From Eledone cirrhosa (taxonomy: Eukaryota), in NCBI GenBank assembly GCA_964016885.1, contig OZ024742.1, forward strand, positions 33,480,001-33,544,000: DNA of 64,000 nt, given 5' to 3'. This document shows, piece by piece, positions 50,096 to 62,685 of this stretch. The first letter of the stretch is position 1. The number at the start of each line of letters is the position of its first letter. Position numbers and translations under genes: made by a program. The notes below the pieces were generated by a model. It was not told the origin of the DNA, made no database searches, and saw only the letters and a list, made by a program, of their open reading frames with translations.

Positions 50096-52381
50096 TATAT
50101 TGATATAATATTTTATTTTTTATTAGATTCTTTTTATTTTTTTATTAGATTCATTTCATTTTTTATTTTTATTAGATTTGTTTTTATTCTGATAGCTTTT
50201 CATAATTTTCAAAAGTTTGTCCTTTCAATATCTTGATTAAAATATACGTAAGATTAATTTCTATACTAAATATATTAAACATATCATTTTAACTTAAAAT
50301 ATTCTATAATATTTTGGGATATTTTAGTATTTTGATATTTGTAGAATTCGTTTGCCTTTTAAGTTATATAATTATATTTCCAAATTATAATCCTTTTGTA
50401 TTTTATATACTCAATTGTACTATGTTATATGTTGATGTATACTTGTGTCTATATACGGCTTATGTATCTATATGTGCGTGTTGACATACATATACATATG
50501 TTATATGCTTTTTTATGATTATATGTCTGTCTGTATATATGTATATATGCATGAGTGACGCGTGTATACCAATCGAAGATGCACACACATATCTATTCAT
50601 GTATAGCTAAGAATTATGGATGTGAATGTACAGGCTTACACATGCAGTTTTTGATTGCAGATATGCATAACTTAACAGCCATAAATGCATGAAAGTTAAT
50701 CCTATATATTTATATATATATACTAAAAACTTTTAATTTTCAATTAATAACACAGGGAATGTATGGCAATAAATAAAAAATCACTTATGCTTTGTATATA
50801 TATATTAAATGCGGGAGTAGATATAATGTGTATTTTCTGAGTGAGTGTGTATCTGTTAGAACACGAAAAGTATGAAACAATAGAATGTTCACTTTTCGTG
50901 TTCTAACATATATATGCCTCGCTTCTTCATAAATTTTTCGGGGATAGCCGTGGTGGTGGTGATCGTATGTCATTGGCTAATTTTCAACCAATCAGAGTAA
51001 GTGTTGATATATATATATATATATATACTATTCCCCCTCTCTCTATATATATCTTACGCTTTCGCTTTACACTCCTCCCCTTCAATAACATATATCTCTT
51101 ATACTGTTACACTTATATTTCCATTTATTTATTACCCCCTCTCTCTATATCTCTTTCACTGTTACTTACGCCTGTTTCTCTCTATCTGTTCCGTCTCTAT
51201 ATATATCTCTCTTACTCTTTCGCTTTGCACTCCTCCCCTTCAATACCATCTCTCCCCCTCTCTATATATTTGTTACTCTATCGCTGCACGCGCCTCTCCT
51301 TCAATATATCAATTACACACGCTTTACACTCCTTTATCCCCAGCGCCCTCGCATCTATATTTTAATGTTCCGTTGCACCGTGAATATATGTGTCTATATA
51401 TATATACATATATATTGTATATACACATTCATGTATGTGTATACACACTCATGTATGTATATACACTGGTTTTATGTGTGTATTGTAAATTTGTACTGTT
51501 AAAACACGAAACTAACATTCGATTGACACTTTGATTACCTGTACAGGCAATAGTTATTAGAATGCTGTTGAAGTGTGTATATATTTTTGGGGGACATCCT
51601 GTATATACACACATTATATATAATACAATAAACAGATAAATACACACATATATATATGAGCTTATTTAATTATAAATATTGTGAATTTTTAACTCAGTTC
51701 AATTATATATATAAATGGCTTCTACAGGACTAGAACTGTTTCATTCGAAAGAAATCATCATAATATTGAGAGTGGGGACTAGATAAAATATTTCAAATCA
51801 AATGTGTATAAGTTATAAGTTAAAATGTATAAATAGAGACGATAGTGGAGGTATATCTGTTTAGTGGAACAGTAGACGATAGAATTAAATACAGACGAGA
51901 ATCTCCCTTTAATGAAACAGCAGACGATAGAATTAAGGCAATTTAAATTTTAAGCATTTGCATTTTGCCTTTCATCGTTACGGCGTCGATAAAATAAAGT
52001 ACCAGTAATACACTGTCACTATAAGTAGACGACTTTCAAATTGAATTGTTGGTTCCATTTCTTTAGTATTTTCAATTGTAGTTATCTACTTAAAAAGCGT
52101 TACACGGTTAGAGACATAATTGGTAAGTTATATCTTCCCTATTAAACCATTGAATTATTTCGCCTTCAATAGAACAAAAATGAAATGTTCTTTAAAGAAA
52201 CAGGAATATAACTTTATAAAAAAAAAAGTTGCATCCGCTTCTTTTATCATTGATAATTTTTTCGTTTTAATATTAATTGTTTTTTGTAGTTGTTTATATT
52301 AAAAATCTTACTGTAATATTTACTTAAACGAAGGCAGACATCTAAACTTATAGATTAATCTTGAGCGAAGGACTAGATAAA

Positions 52382-52419
<38 letters not shown>

Positions 52420-52880
52420 AACGAAGAATGATAAAATTTCAAGCAAAGAGTTTAATTAGGTAATGACTTACAAATTTGTTTCAGTATATATTTAATATAA
52501 TATTAATATATTTTGTAATATTATTAACTAATTATTATAATTAGCGCTTCAGGCTTTGTCTATATATATCACTCTTCGTTTTGAATTTCTCCTAAGTATT
52601 CAATACTCTGTTGAGAAATACATTTTACATAAACAGTCTTTGTACCATTTATACGGTATTAATTACTTATATTTATATATATATATATATATAGCGTATG
52701 ATTAGAACTGTGTTTATTATTAATATTTTAATGATGAAAGGCGAGGTTGACTTTGCCTTTCATCCTTACAGGGTCGATAAAATAAAGTACCAGTAATGCA
52801 CTGGGTAATTGCTGGCCTTGTGCCTAAAGTAGAAACAATTATTAATATTTTAATGGATTTAATGAAAAATTTTAGGTGTT

Positions 52881-53247
52881 TATAGCGAGGATACTGGGTT
52901 GTATGAATGTAACAAGGAATACATGGTTTGGTGTATAATATTTAATTAACAATGGTAGATAGTATACTTGACATGTCAAAGATAAATGTTAGAATGAAAC
53001 AAAGTTAGTAGTTACCGTTTTGATTGCCAGGCAAACGCGGCTGGCAGAGGACGCCTGGCTAAGGCCAGGCGCCTGTTGGCCAAATTAATGGCAGAGCCAA
53101 ATGAGAGGCTCTTGACCTGGTGCCGAAAAGGCAAAGAGAGTTAGAAAGCTTAAAGTTGTTAGTTTTATAGGGCTCTGACCGGAAGTTGCAGAAAGGGTTC
53201 TACTTCCCGTCTAGATCCCAATCAAAACAAGGGAGACAACCGCTACA
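52881..53247 (-). mobile_element. Solo LTR of the same family as 28026-28370
   Basis: Reverse complement reads TGTAGC...GCTATA, with TGTT TSD. Confidence 0.85.
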
Positions 53248-53459
53248 TGTTCATATATATATTCTAAAAATGCGCGAAATCGTGAATCCGGGATAGTTGA
53301 ACCGCCAAGTAGCGAGGTATCACTGTATATATGTTTAAATATATAGTGTAGCTGTGATGTATCTCGCGAGTGAATCGAGACCTGTCACTGATTTTGGTGT
53401 CCCCACTGCCGATGTGAATGAGCAACGCTGCACTTGTGAATTGGGTCTTGATGTTGCAG

Positions 53460-54008
53460 GAACCCCTATCTTGCTCAGAACATTGACCTCCTGGAAACTG
53501 TTCAGAGACATGCAACCAAGCGCATACCCTCCATCAGACACCTACCATACCCTGAATATTTTGCTTCCCTCTGGCAATGGACTTGGTAAACACCCACAAA
53601 GTTATTAACCATCCGACCAACAACAACCCCGAACACCTTTTTGATCTCCATGTGTCTAACACGTGGACATGCCTACAAAGTCAGAAAACAACACAGCTCC
53701 CATGACTTTAGGAAATATTTCTTCATGCTCAGAGTTGCTGAAGGATGGAACAAACTTCCTGCATCAGTTGTTAGCTGATGACACACTGCATCCTTTAAAA
53801 CCATCATACATTCCGAAATACACCAAAACTACACCTGATGTCCCCCTTCCATACACATGCACATATGTGTATATCATGACTCATGCACTGTTCTTTTTTC
53901 CTGACGTTTTTATATTACCCTATGTATTATATATGCACTTTTGATGAGTTGTAGTGCACCTCAGCATTGTACACAATATTTTCATTATTATTATCATTAT
54001 TATTATTA
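53460..54008 (+). mobile_element. 3' end of the same CR1 family
   Basis: NPYLAQNIDLLETVQRHATKRIPS followed by a 3' UTR matching the reverse complement of 2500-3050, and an (ATT)n tail. Confidence 0.85.
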
Positions 54009-55197
54009 CACTCATTGATCCATTTTGCACTAACTCTGCATCAAGCACCCTCACCTAAATATTAACCAATCAAGGATCCAATACAGTTATCTGTTGGATG
54101 AGTATTGTATAGTGCCAAAAACGAAACCAATCAGTTTAGCAGAAAGTTTCCAGACAAGAAACACGCATATTTTGCTATCCTCAAACACGTTTACACATGG
54201 CATGAAATATAACTAATCCAAGATGGCTAGGTTTCATCTTCTAACTGGATATACGAAATCCATTGTCTTGACAACAACATGAGGTAACATTATGTTATTC
54301 ACAGACACACGTTGTACACTGTTCCATATCAGAATGTATTTCCTTCGTCACATTCACAAACAGTATTGAAAATATGTTCTTCGGCAAATAAAAATGTTTT
54401 GTTCATAATATTTCAACTAGCGATTGCTCTACTCCACGCACGACCACCATAAATTAATGACCAGCTCAACACAAGTATTGGTAGAGCGTCAGACACCATG
54501 CTTTGCAGTATTGTTATGGTCTTTTGCATTCTAAGTTCAAATCCTGCCGAGGTTAACTTCGACTTTCATACTTACTAATTCGATAAAATAAAGTACCTGT
54601 AATGGACTGCCGTAATGGATTTGTGCCGAAAAATAGAAACACTATTAATGTGCAATAAGAGCAAAATATAACGACATTTCTCAATTATTTTATCTAATGT
54701 TGTAATAACACAAGGAAATGTTGTTTGTGTATTTTTTTTTATATTTGCTCATAGGCTTTTACAATTTCGCTCAGCCAACAACTATTAAAAAGTGAGTTGC
54801 TTAAGATAACAATTTAATCACAAATTGTTGCTATCTTTTAATACACTCCAACAAGTCATCAAATTATGTACAATAAAAACAAATCTTATTAATTTGCTCA
54901 GGGAATATAAAGAAAATGTATATACACTGCTAATTGCAATTGTATGTAAATATTTTGTTTTTGTATTGTTTATTTTATGTTTTCTATTATGTATAATATA
55001 TTGATTTAATATTGATTGTTTTTTGTAGTTGTTTATATTAAAAGTCTGAAAATATTTTTATACATCTTACACTAATATTTATAAGATAATTTATAATAAC
55101 AATTACATAATCTAATTACATTACAACGATAATTTATTATTAATATATATCCTGTTTAACTAAAGTTATTACAAGCGTTGCCTTAAAAAAATATTAA

Positions 55198-56154
55198 ACT
55201 AGACATGAAAAATGCGCAAGCTCAAAAGTGCCACAGAATGTTATAATAAACCTTCAAAAGTGTGGGACTAGAGTTGTTGCTAAAAAATATTGTAATCATT
55301 ATATATCGTACATTCTGTGGCATCCTTTATAAAAATAGCTTAAACCAACGAAGCCTTTATTTTTACGCTATTTCACTTAGTTAATTCTTAGAGTGTAACA
55401 TATAAAAATAAATACATCTATGTTTAATGTAATAACAGCTATACATAATTACGTAATATTATTATCATATACTCATAGTAACAAAATAATTGTGTTGAAA
55501 ATTAATATGATGCTTATATGAACGATCAAATCTATAATGATAATTTCTTAAATATACTAATAGTAAAATAATTTAGTTATCTATTGTTACATTTTCATAG
55601 AACTATAATATTAACAATCGTATTGCATTATCAAATTTTTATCACTACAAACTTTCATATTGGAATTACCTTAAGCCACTTATTATTACTTCGCTTTCGT
55701 ACTTTTACAGCTGTAGATATTGCGCTGTATCTTATATCTAATATCAATATCTCATGGTAATTTGCATGCAGTGTAAAATAGGTTTATTAATAACTTTAAT
55801 ATGAAATGTATTATACAGGGCTGCGGAGTCGGCCAAAAATTGACTGGCTCCAACTCAGGATCCGATACTCCATTATTTCCTAAATTTCAGCTCCGCAGCT
55901 CTGTTATTATATTAATTAATTTATTTTATAGTTGTAAATGATATTTTTATATGTTACACTCTAAGAATTAACTAAGTGAAATAGCGTAAAAATAAAGGCT
56001 TCGTTGGTTTAAGCTATTTTTATAAAGGATGCCACAGAATGTACGATATATAATGATTACAATATTTTTTAGCAACAACTCTAGTCCCACACTTTTGAAG
56101 GTTTATTATAACATTCTGTGGTACTTTTGAGCTTGCGCATTTTTCATGTCTAGT
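55198..56154. repeat. Long inverted repeat (arms 55198-55410 and 55942-56154)
   Basis: ~213-bp arms with one mismatch seen, separated by a ~530-bp spacer. Confidence 0.92.
55816..55903. mobile_element. Tiny hAT-type MITE
   Basis: TIR cagggctgcggag/ctccgcagctctg with flanks gtattata/ttattata. Confidence 0.7.
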
Positions 56155-56711
56155 ATATATATATTTATGTACCTTTGCCTATGTGTATGTAATATGCGAT
56201 AGATAATCTCTCTAGCAATATATATATTTTATAATGTTTAAATTCCAATTTTTAATATATTGATCTCAATTTTAAACTAAATATCTAATCATAATTAAAC
56301 AATGTGTAATTTCTCATATTATATATCTATATTCCTTTCATAAATATTAATATTTTAAATTTTATTTATGCTTTTCATCCCAACTGTTAACTCAACTTAA
56401 TATGACATAACTTAAGGTTTTCGTTCTCTCCCCCCTCTCTCTATCTCTATGTATCTCTCTCTGGATTTTTTTCTCTGTCTGATGGTTTGATATCTCCCCG
56501 TTATTTTTCCTATGTTCTCTTTTCTTTTTGCTTTCTTCTTTTTCTTTATCTATCTCTCCCTTTCTTTTCTCCACCTTTCTCTCTCTCTCTCTCTCCATCT
56601 TTTTACTTACTCTTAACACTATGACTTACTAAAGTAAACAAATCACTATCCTGCAACGGTCAATTTTTAAAGGGGTACGTCAATGTCTATTTATAAAACT
56701 GTTATATATTG

Positions 56712-56776
56712 TATTTTGTCTGATGAAGGCATACCATAATGTAACTTGGTATCCTTGAAATATATATAATGAAATA
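56712..56776 (+). ncRNA. Minimal type I hammerhead ribozyme motif (Penelope-type)
   Basis: Stem I tattttgt/atgaaata, CTGATGA core, stem II aggcatacca/tggtatcctt, GAAA, 1-bp stem III with palindromic ATAT loop, AUA cleavage triplet. Confidence 0.7.
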
Positions 56777-56815
56777 AATATGGTTTTATAAATATAGTTC
56801 CCATTTATTAATATC

Positions 56816-56882
<67 letters not shown>

Positions 56883-57038
56883 TGGAAGGAGTATTCAATT
56901 AGTTGGAAATACGACAAATATAAATAAAAATATAAATGTTTATAACTGATTTAGAGCACTCAACAAGTTCCTGGAGTAAATATTCAATAATATTAAATAT
57001 TTAATATCGTTGTATATAATTATATATATATACACATA

Positions 57039-57224
57039 GGGCGGTGGATTGGCAGTATCGGTAGAGGGTCGGACGCCATGCTTTACAACATAGTTACGTC
57101 CCTTTACGATCTGAGTTCAAATCCCGCTGAGGTTGACTTTGCCTTTCATCCTTACGGGGTCGATAAAATAAAGTACCAGTAATGCACTGGGTAATTGCTG
57201 GCCTTGTGCCTAAAGTAGAAACAT
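57039..57224 (+). mobile_element. tRNA-derived SINE, full length
   Basis: A box tggcagtatcggt, B box gagttcaaatcc, body ctttgcctttcatcc...gtcgataaaataaagtaccag. Confidence 0.85.
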
Positions 57225-57244
57225 TTATATATATATACATATAC

Positions 57245-57287
<43 letters not shown>

Positions 57288-57699
57288 CACACACACACAC
57301 ATATATATATACACACACACACATATATATATACACACATATATATATATATACATATACAAACATATATACATAAACGTGCATATACACGCACAATAAT
57401 TACACACTCACATAAGCACATATATATATATACATATACATATACACATACATGCACATATATAGATACATATACTTACATACACACAGAAATAAATATC
57501 TATATATAAAAGAGGTGGGTGTGTAAAGGGTAAGTAGGGGTGGAATATAAGTCAACAGAATTATAAATAACATAGGAAAAAAATATAAATATAAGAGATG
57601 AGGGGAAAAAAAGGATATATGGGTACAGAATGTGAGTTCAGAGAGTAATAATAATTGTAGTGGATGTAAGGCGTAATGAGTAAAGAAGAAGTTCAAGGT

Positions 57700-58277
57700 G
57701 GGTGAGTCATCGTAGGAAGTCAATCCAGTTACAAAGTAGATGTGATTTCAGCTGAGGACAACATCTGAAGATCTTGGTCTTGGAGTTAAGGCAAGTGGAA
57801 GTGGCTTTCAAATTTTGGAGAATTCTAAATTTTTCCGTGGTGCACAAAGAACAATTCTTTGTGCCCCTTTGGTATTCTCTTGAATGGTCTAAAATAGACC
57901 AATCGATAGTGTACGGGATGTTTTTGTCTTTGAATTCCCACACTTTATTTGCGAGAGCCGTTGCTGTTCTTTTATCAGGGTGTTTAAAAGAAGCGACATG
58001 TGCATAAAACCAGGTTTTGAACCTCTCCTGAGTCATGCCAACATATCGTTCACTCCTGGCTGGCTGGTTGTTAATCAACGGTGTCAATTTGGCCGCATAC
58101 ACAACGGATTTAGTATTACATTTGCCCTGTAATGGGCATTCTTCCGGCTTCCTGCAACTGCATCCTGGATTTATTCTCGTACGATTAGAGTTGGTAATTT
58201 TAGTCTTCATTGATGGACAGCAAGAGTAACTGATTTTGACTACATTTCTATTAAATATCTTATAATATCTATGTTGA
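57700..58277 (-). mobile_element. Penelope-like element GIY-YIG endonuclease fragment
   Basis: IFNRNVVKISYSC, CPLQGKC, VVYAA...YVGMT...CSLCTTEK...LNSKTKI. Confidence 0.88.
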
Positions 58278-59744
58278 CACACGGAAAAAATCACCCAGCA
58301 CTCATTGTAAATGAGGTTGGTGTTAGGAAGGGCATCCAGCTGTAGAAATCAAGCCAGAATCAGTTCCCGTATGAGCAAGGCATGGTCAGCCGACTGGACA
58401 TTGCCCACAACAGGACAACCCGTGTAACCTATGCTAGCATGGAAGAACGGACGTAAAACGGTGATGATGATGATATATGGTTCAGTAGATTCGTGGTTTA
58501 CTGAGGAAGGTACCAACCAGGAAAGTACCGCAGTCAGTACTGAAACAGTAGCTACTGATCTCCCAGACAAGCCCCCCCCCCACAAGTGGACACAGTACAC
58601 ACGCAACCTCAACTCTACCACATAAACCTATTCACATACAATGCCACATAAACACATAAACACACATACGCTCACAACATTTTTATGCACATGCAATGCA
58701 AACACCCATCTTACATACCGCAACAAGTACACATAACACTGCAATACATATCAATCACATCACACAGGTGCACACACACACAAGTACATGTAAATATACA
58801 CATACACCGGTGAAACAACACAAATATAATTTAGTACAGCAACACTCACTCCCACAACTCGCAACAAAAACAATCAACATAAATTTACAGTGTGGAATCA
58901 AGGGGCCTAGAAGTAAGTTTTGTGAAGACTAACGTCTTGATAGGTAGGAAGAAAGACAGAACCTGATACCATTAGGGAGGTGACTATGATTGATTTGCTG
59001 AAGAAAGAAGGGCAGAAGTTCCATAAGGTACACACAATGTAATCTATGAATTCACAGATGTTGTGGGATTACATGTGGGCTGATGGAGAAGATAGATTTT
59101 GTATGTGAGAGAAATATGCACTTGGAGCAAGCGTCAAATAGATTCCCTCAATTTCCCAGGAGGCTCTTCAAGCATTGTTAACATTTCTTGCTGCCTGGGT
59201 GACCTAGTTGACAGTGGGGTAGCAGGAGTGAGAATGGGCTAGAGAAGGTTTAGGTAGCTGGTATCTCTGATGATAATGGTGGGATTCTTTCTTGAAGTTA
59301 AGGGTAGGCTGAGTGATGCCTATGTGTGAGTGGTCATGGTGGTAAGCCATATGCCTTGACTTGCAAGAGCTGGAGAGAGGCAGAGGAAATTATGCATTGG
59401 TAGGTGTGTGGTGATGATGTGCATAAGTGATATAGTATGGGCAAGCTGAGAGAGGGATTGTGTGGAAGGAATCTTAGGTAATGTGTAAAAGGGACAATTG
59501 TAATAGTATGGACATGTGATAAACATAAGGAGGTGCAAACAAATCTCAGTTGGTGGGACTCATTGAATTGTCCTTTTTCACTGCTTCCCATCACTCCTTT
59601 GAGCCCCACTATACCTGTCATATACCCATGACATTATACTGTACCCCTATGTACTGTCACATACCCATGGAATCATACTTATAATCCATCCTATTCCCCC
59701 TATAAGTAGAGAAGGCTCTTTAGTTGAGTCAATGACTGACAACA

Positions 59745-60200
59745 TCCCTAGTGCAGGTGCCATGATAAAATGCATCCAGTGCACTCTGTAAAGTGGTTAC
59801 TATTAGGAAGAGCTTCCAACCATAGAAACCATGCCAAAAAGAGCTGAAAGCATCCTTCAGCCATGACACAACATCTTTAGTACTGGTGCCATGAAAAATG
59901 AACCCAATATACTCTATAAGGTGGTTGATAGTAGGACGTATATCCAGCTGTAGAAACCATGCCAAAAAAGGTTTGAGAAGATTCTTCAGAAGTGTCAAAG
60001 GACCAACGACCTCTCTAATGTTGGTGACATGATAAAATGCATCCAGTACACCCAGTAAAGTGGTTGATGACAGGAAGGCCATCCAACTTTAGAAAACTTG
60101 CCAAGCAAATGTAGAGAACCTTTCTGTTGTGCCAAAGATATGACAATCTTCCCAATGTTGGCGCCATGATAAAATGCACAGTACATTGGGTAAAGTGTGG
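59745..60200 (+). repeat. Degenerate ~130-bp tandem repeat of an RTE-tail-like unit
   Basis: gtgccatgataaaatgcatccagt...gtaaagtggtt...tagaaaccatgccaaa recurs at ~59757, 59887, 60025 and 60161. Confidence 0.7.
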
Positions 60201-60536
60201 GAATGTATGTAAGTAATATGTGGCTCTTCTGAGAGATCAATTTCTCTGATTAAGTATTGAGACTTGGTCTGTGATGACCTGTTGAATCCTTGCTAGCAAG
60301 GAAAACCTGTTGTTAAATGATCATGATGATGATTATGATTGTGTGTCTGCTTGAACTTTTACTGTTTATGCCCTATAAATTAGTAGGTCGTTAAAAGGGG
60401 ATTAATAAAATAAGAACTAGTCTTGAAAAAATAAGTACTGGGGTCAGTATGATTGGCTAAATCCCTTCAAAGCAACACACTAGCTTAGCTGCAGTCTATT
60501 GACAGAAGCCATTAAAACAAATAAAAGAATAGAAGT

Positions 60537-60948
60537 CATCATCATTTAACGTCCATCTTCCACGCTTGCATGGGTTTGGACGGGAGTTTTCCCACTTCAG
60601 GCAAGATTGGTTGTCTTACTCATATAGGACTGTCTGGCGGGTTTTCTATGGCTGGATGCCCTTCCTAACACCAACCACGTTTACAGTGTGGACTGGGAGG
60701 TTTTTACCGTGTTATCTACATGGCCACATTACAGCGTGGACTGTGTGCTTTTTTTTCATGACACCTACACCACATTTATTTTGGACTAGATGTTGTGGTA
60801 CGGGTGTGTATTTTTGTTAGAGGTGCCTACGGGTGCCTATTTTTGTTAGAGGTGCTTTGTACTTAGGCAAGGCGGGTCTTCTTTATTACTGTATAGCGTC
60901 AAAGATCTCAGTCCAGTGACATTGTCTTGGAGAGGTGTAAGTGTGTAA
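60537..60948 (-). mobile_element. RTE LINE 3' end
   Basis: Reverse complement of the 3' UTR seen at 41930-42390. Confidence 0.85.
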
Positions 60949-61649
60949 CAAAATATTTTTGTATAAGAAAAAAAGAAAAGAAAATTAGTCTTGGAACATC
61001 ACTGATTTAAACACAAATTTGTGGAGTGGGACCTATATATACGAATGTGTTTACATCTATTTTACCACACCACATTAACTGTATATTAGAAAGTTTACTT
61101 TACTAAAACTTGTTGCTCTTTGATTGGTCAACTTATATAGTGTTTTAATGAATACTTAACTTTGTTCTTTCTTTATCAATTTTGTTGTTTAAACCATATC
61201 AGCTTTTATCAAGCAGAACTCATCATCATCATCACCGTTTTACGTCCGTTCTTCCATGCTAACATGGGTTAGATGGGTTGTCCTGTTGTGGGCAGTGTCT
61301 GGTCGGCTGACCATGCCTTGCTCATACAGGAACTGATTTTGGCTTGATTTCTACAGCTGGATGCCCTTCCTAAGTGTAACAAACATTATGTATGTAGACA
61401 CATAGAGTGAGATTGAGGGTCATGTTGGTAGGTGATTGTGTTGTGGTGTTGATTCATTTGTTGCATGTGTACTCACTTGTAGATTGCTGTGTGGTCACTG
61501 TTGTGTGAGTTTAGGCGAGAGAAGATTAATGCGCCTGATACAGTGTGACCAGAGATTGCATGTGTGCAAATAAGTGAGTAAGTGTTCATTAAGATGATGA
61601 TATGATAGTTCCTTGATCACACAGAAAATGAATATATATAAATGATGCT

Positions 61650-62685
61650 CAGGTGCAAGTGCCCACAGGATACTAGCTCCATATATTGCCCAGAAGGTAC
61701 TATAGAAATAGTGGACACTTTCCGTTACCTGGGTGACAAAATCAGCAGTGGTGGAGGGTGCTCTGAAAGTACAGTAGCCAGAGTCAGAACTGGATGGAAA
61801 ATGTTCAGAGCTTATACCGCTGTTGGCCACAAAAGGTTTCTGTCTAAAAATGAAAGGCAGATTATATGATGCTTATATACGAACAGCAATGTTACATGGC
61901 ATTGAGACATGGGCATGGGTGCAGAGGACCTGCACAGACTGGAAAGGAACGAAGCATGCATGCTCCGTTGGATGTGTAATAGTAATATACGTGAACGGCA
62001 AAGCATAAATGAACTAAGTGAGAAATTAGGAATAAGAGGGACCAGATGCTGTTTACTTGAGAGAAGACTATGTTGGTATGGTCACGTGATGCGCATGAAA
62101 GACGACAGCTGTATAAAAATGTGCAGGACGATCAAAATTGATGGAAGTTACGGAGTAGGTAGACCCAGAAAAACCTGGGACGATTTGATAAATTCCGACC
62201 TTACACACTTACACCTCTCTAAGACAATGTCACTGACCGAGATCTTTGGCGCTACGCAGTAATACAGAAGACCCGCCTTGCCTATGTACAAAGTGAAACC
62301 TACAGTCAGTAGGCACCTCCTAACCAAATATACACCCCAATCCACTACCCCTACCCTCTCTCTGTAAAGTTGGTACCACAACATCCAGTCCAAATAAATG
62401 AGATAATGAGATCGAGATCGTGTAGGTGTCACGACATAAAAACACACAGTCCATGCTGTAATGTGGTCGTGTAGGTAGCACAGTAAAAAGTTCCCAGTTC
62501 CACACTGTAAAGGTGGTTGATGTTAGAAAGGGCATCCAGCCGTAGAAAACCTGCCAGATAGTCCTATATGAGTGAGACACGGTCACCTGACCAACCTTGC
62601 CTTAAGTGGGACAACTCCCGTCTAACCCATGCTAGTGTGAAAGATGAACGGTAAACGAAGATGATGATGATGATGATGATGATGA
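61650..62685 (+). mobile_element. RTE LINE 3' fragment (same family)
   Basis: Frameshifted RT C-terminus, 3' UTR and (GAT)n tail. Confidence 0.9.
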
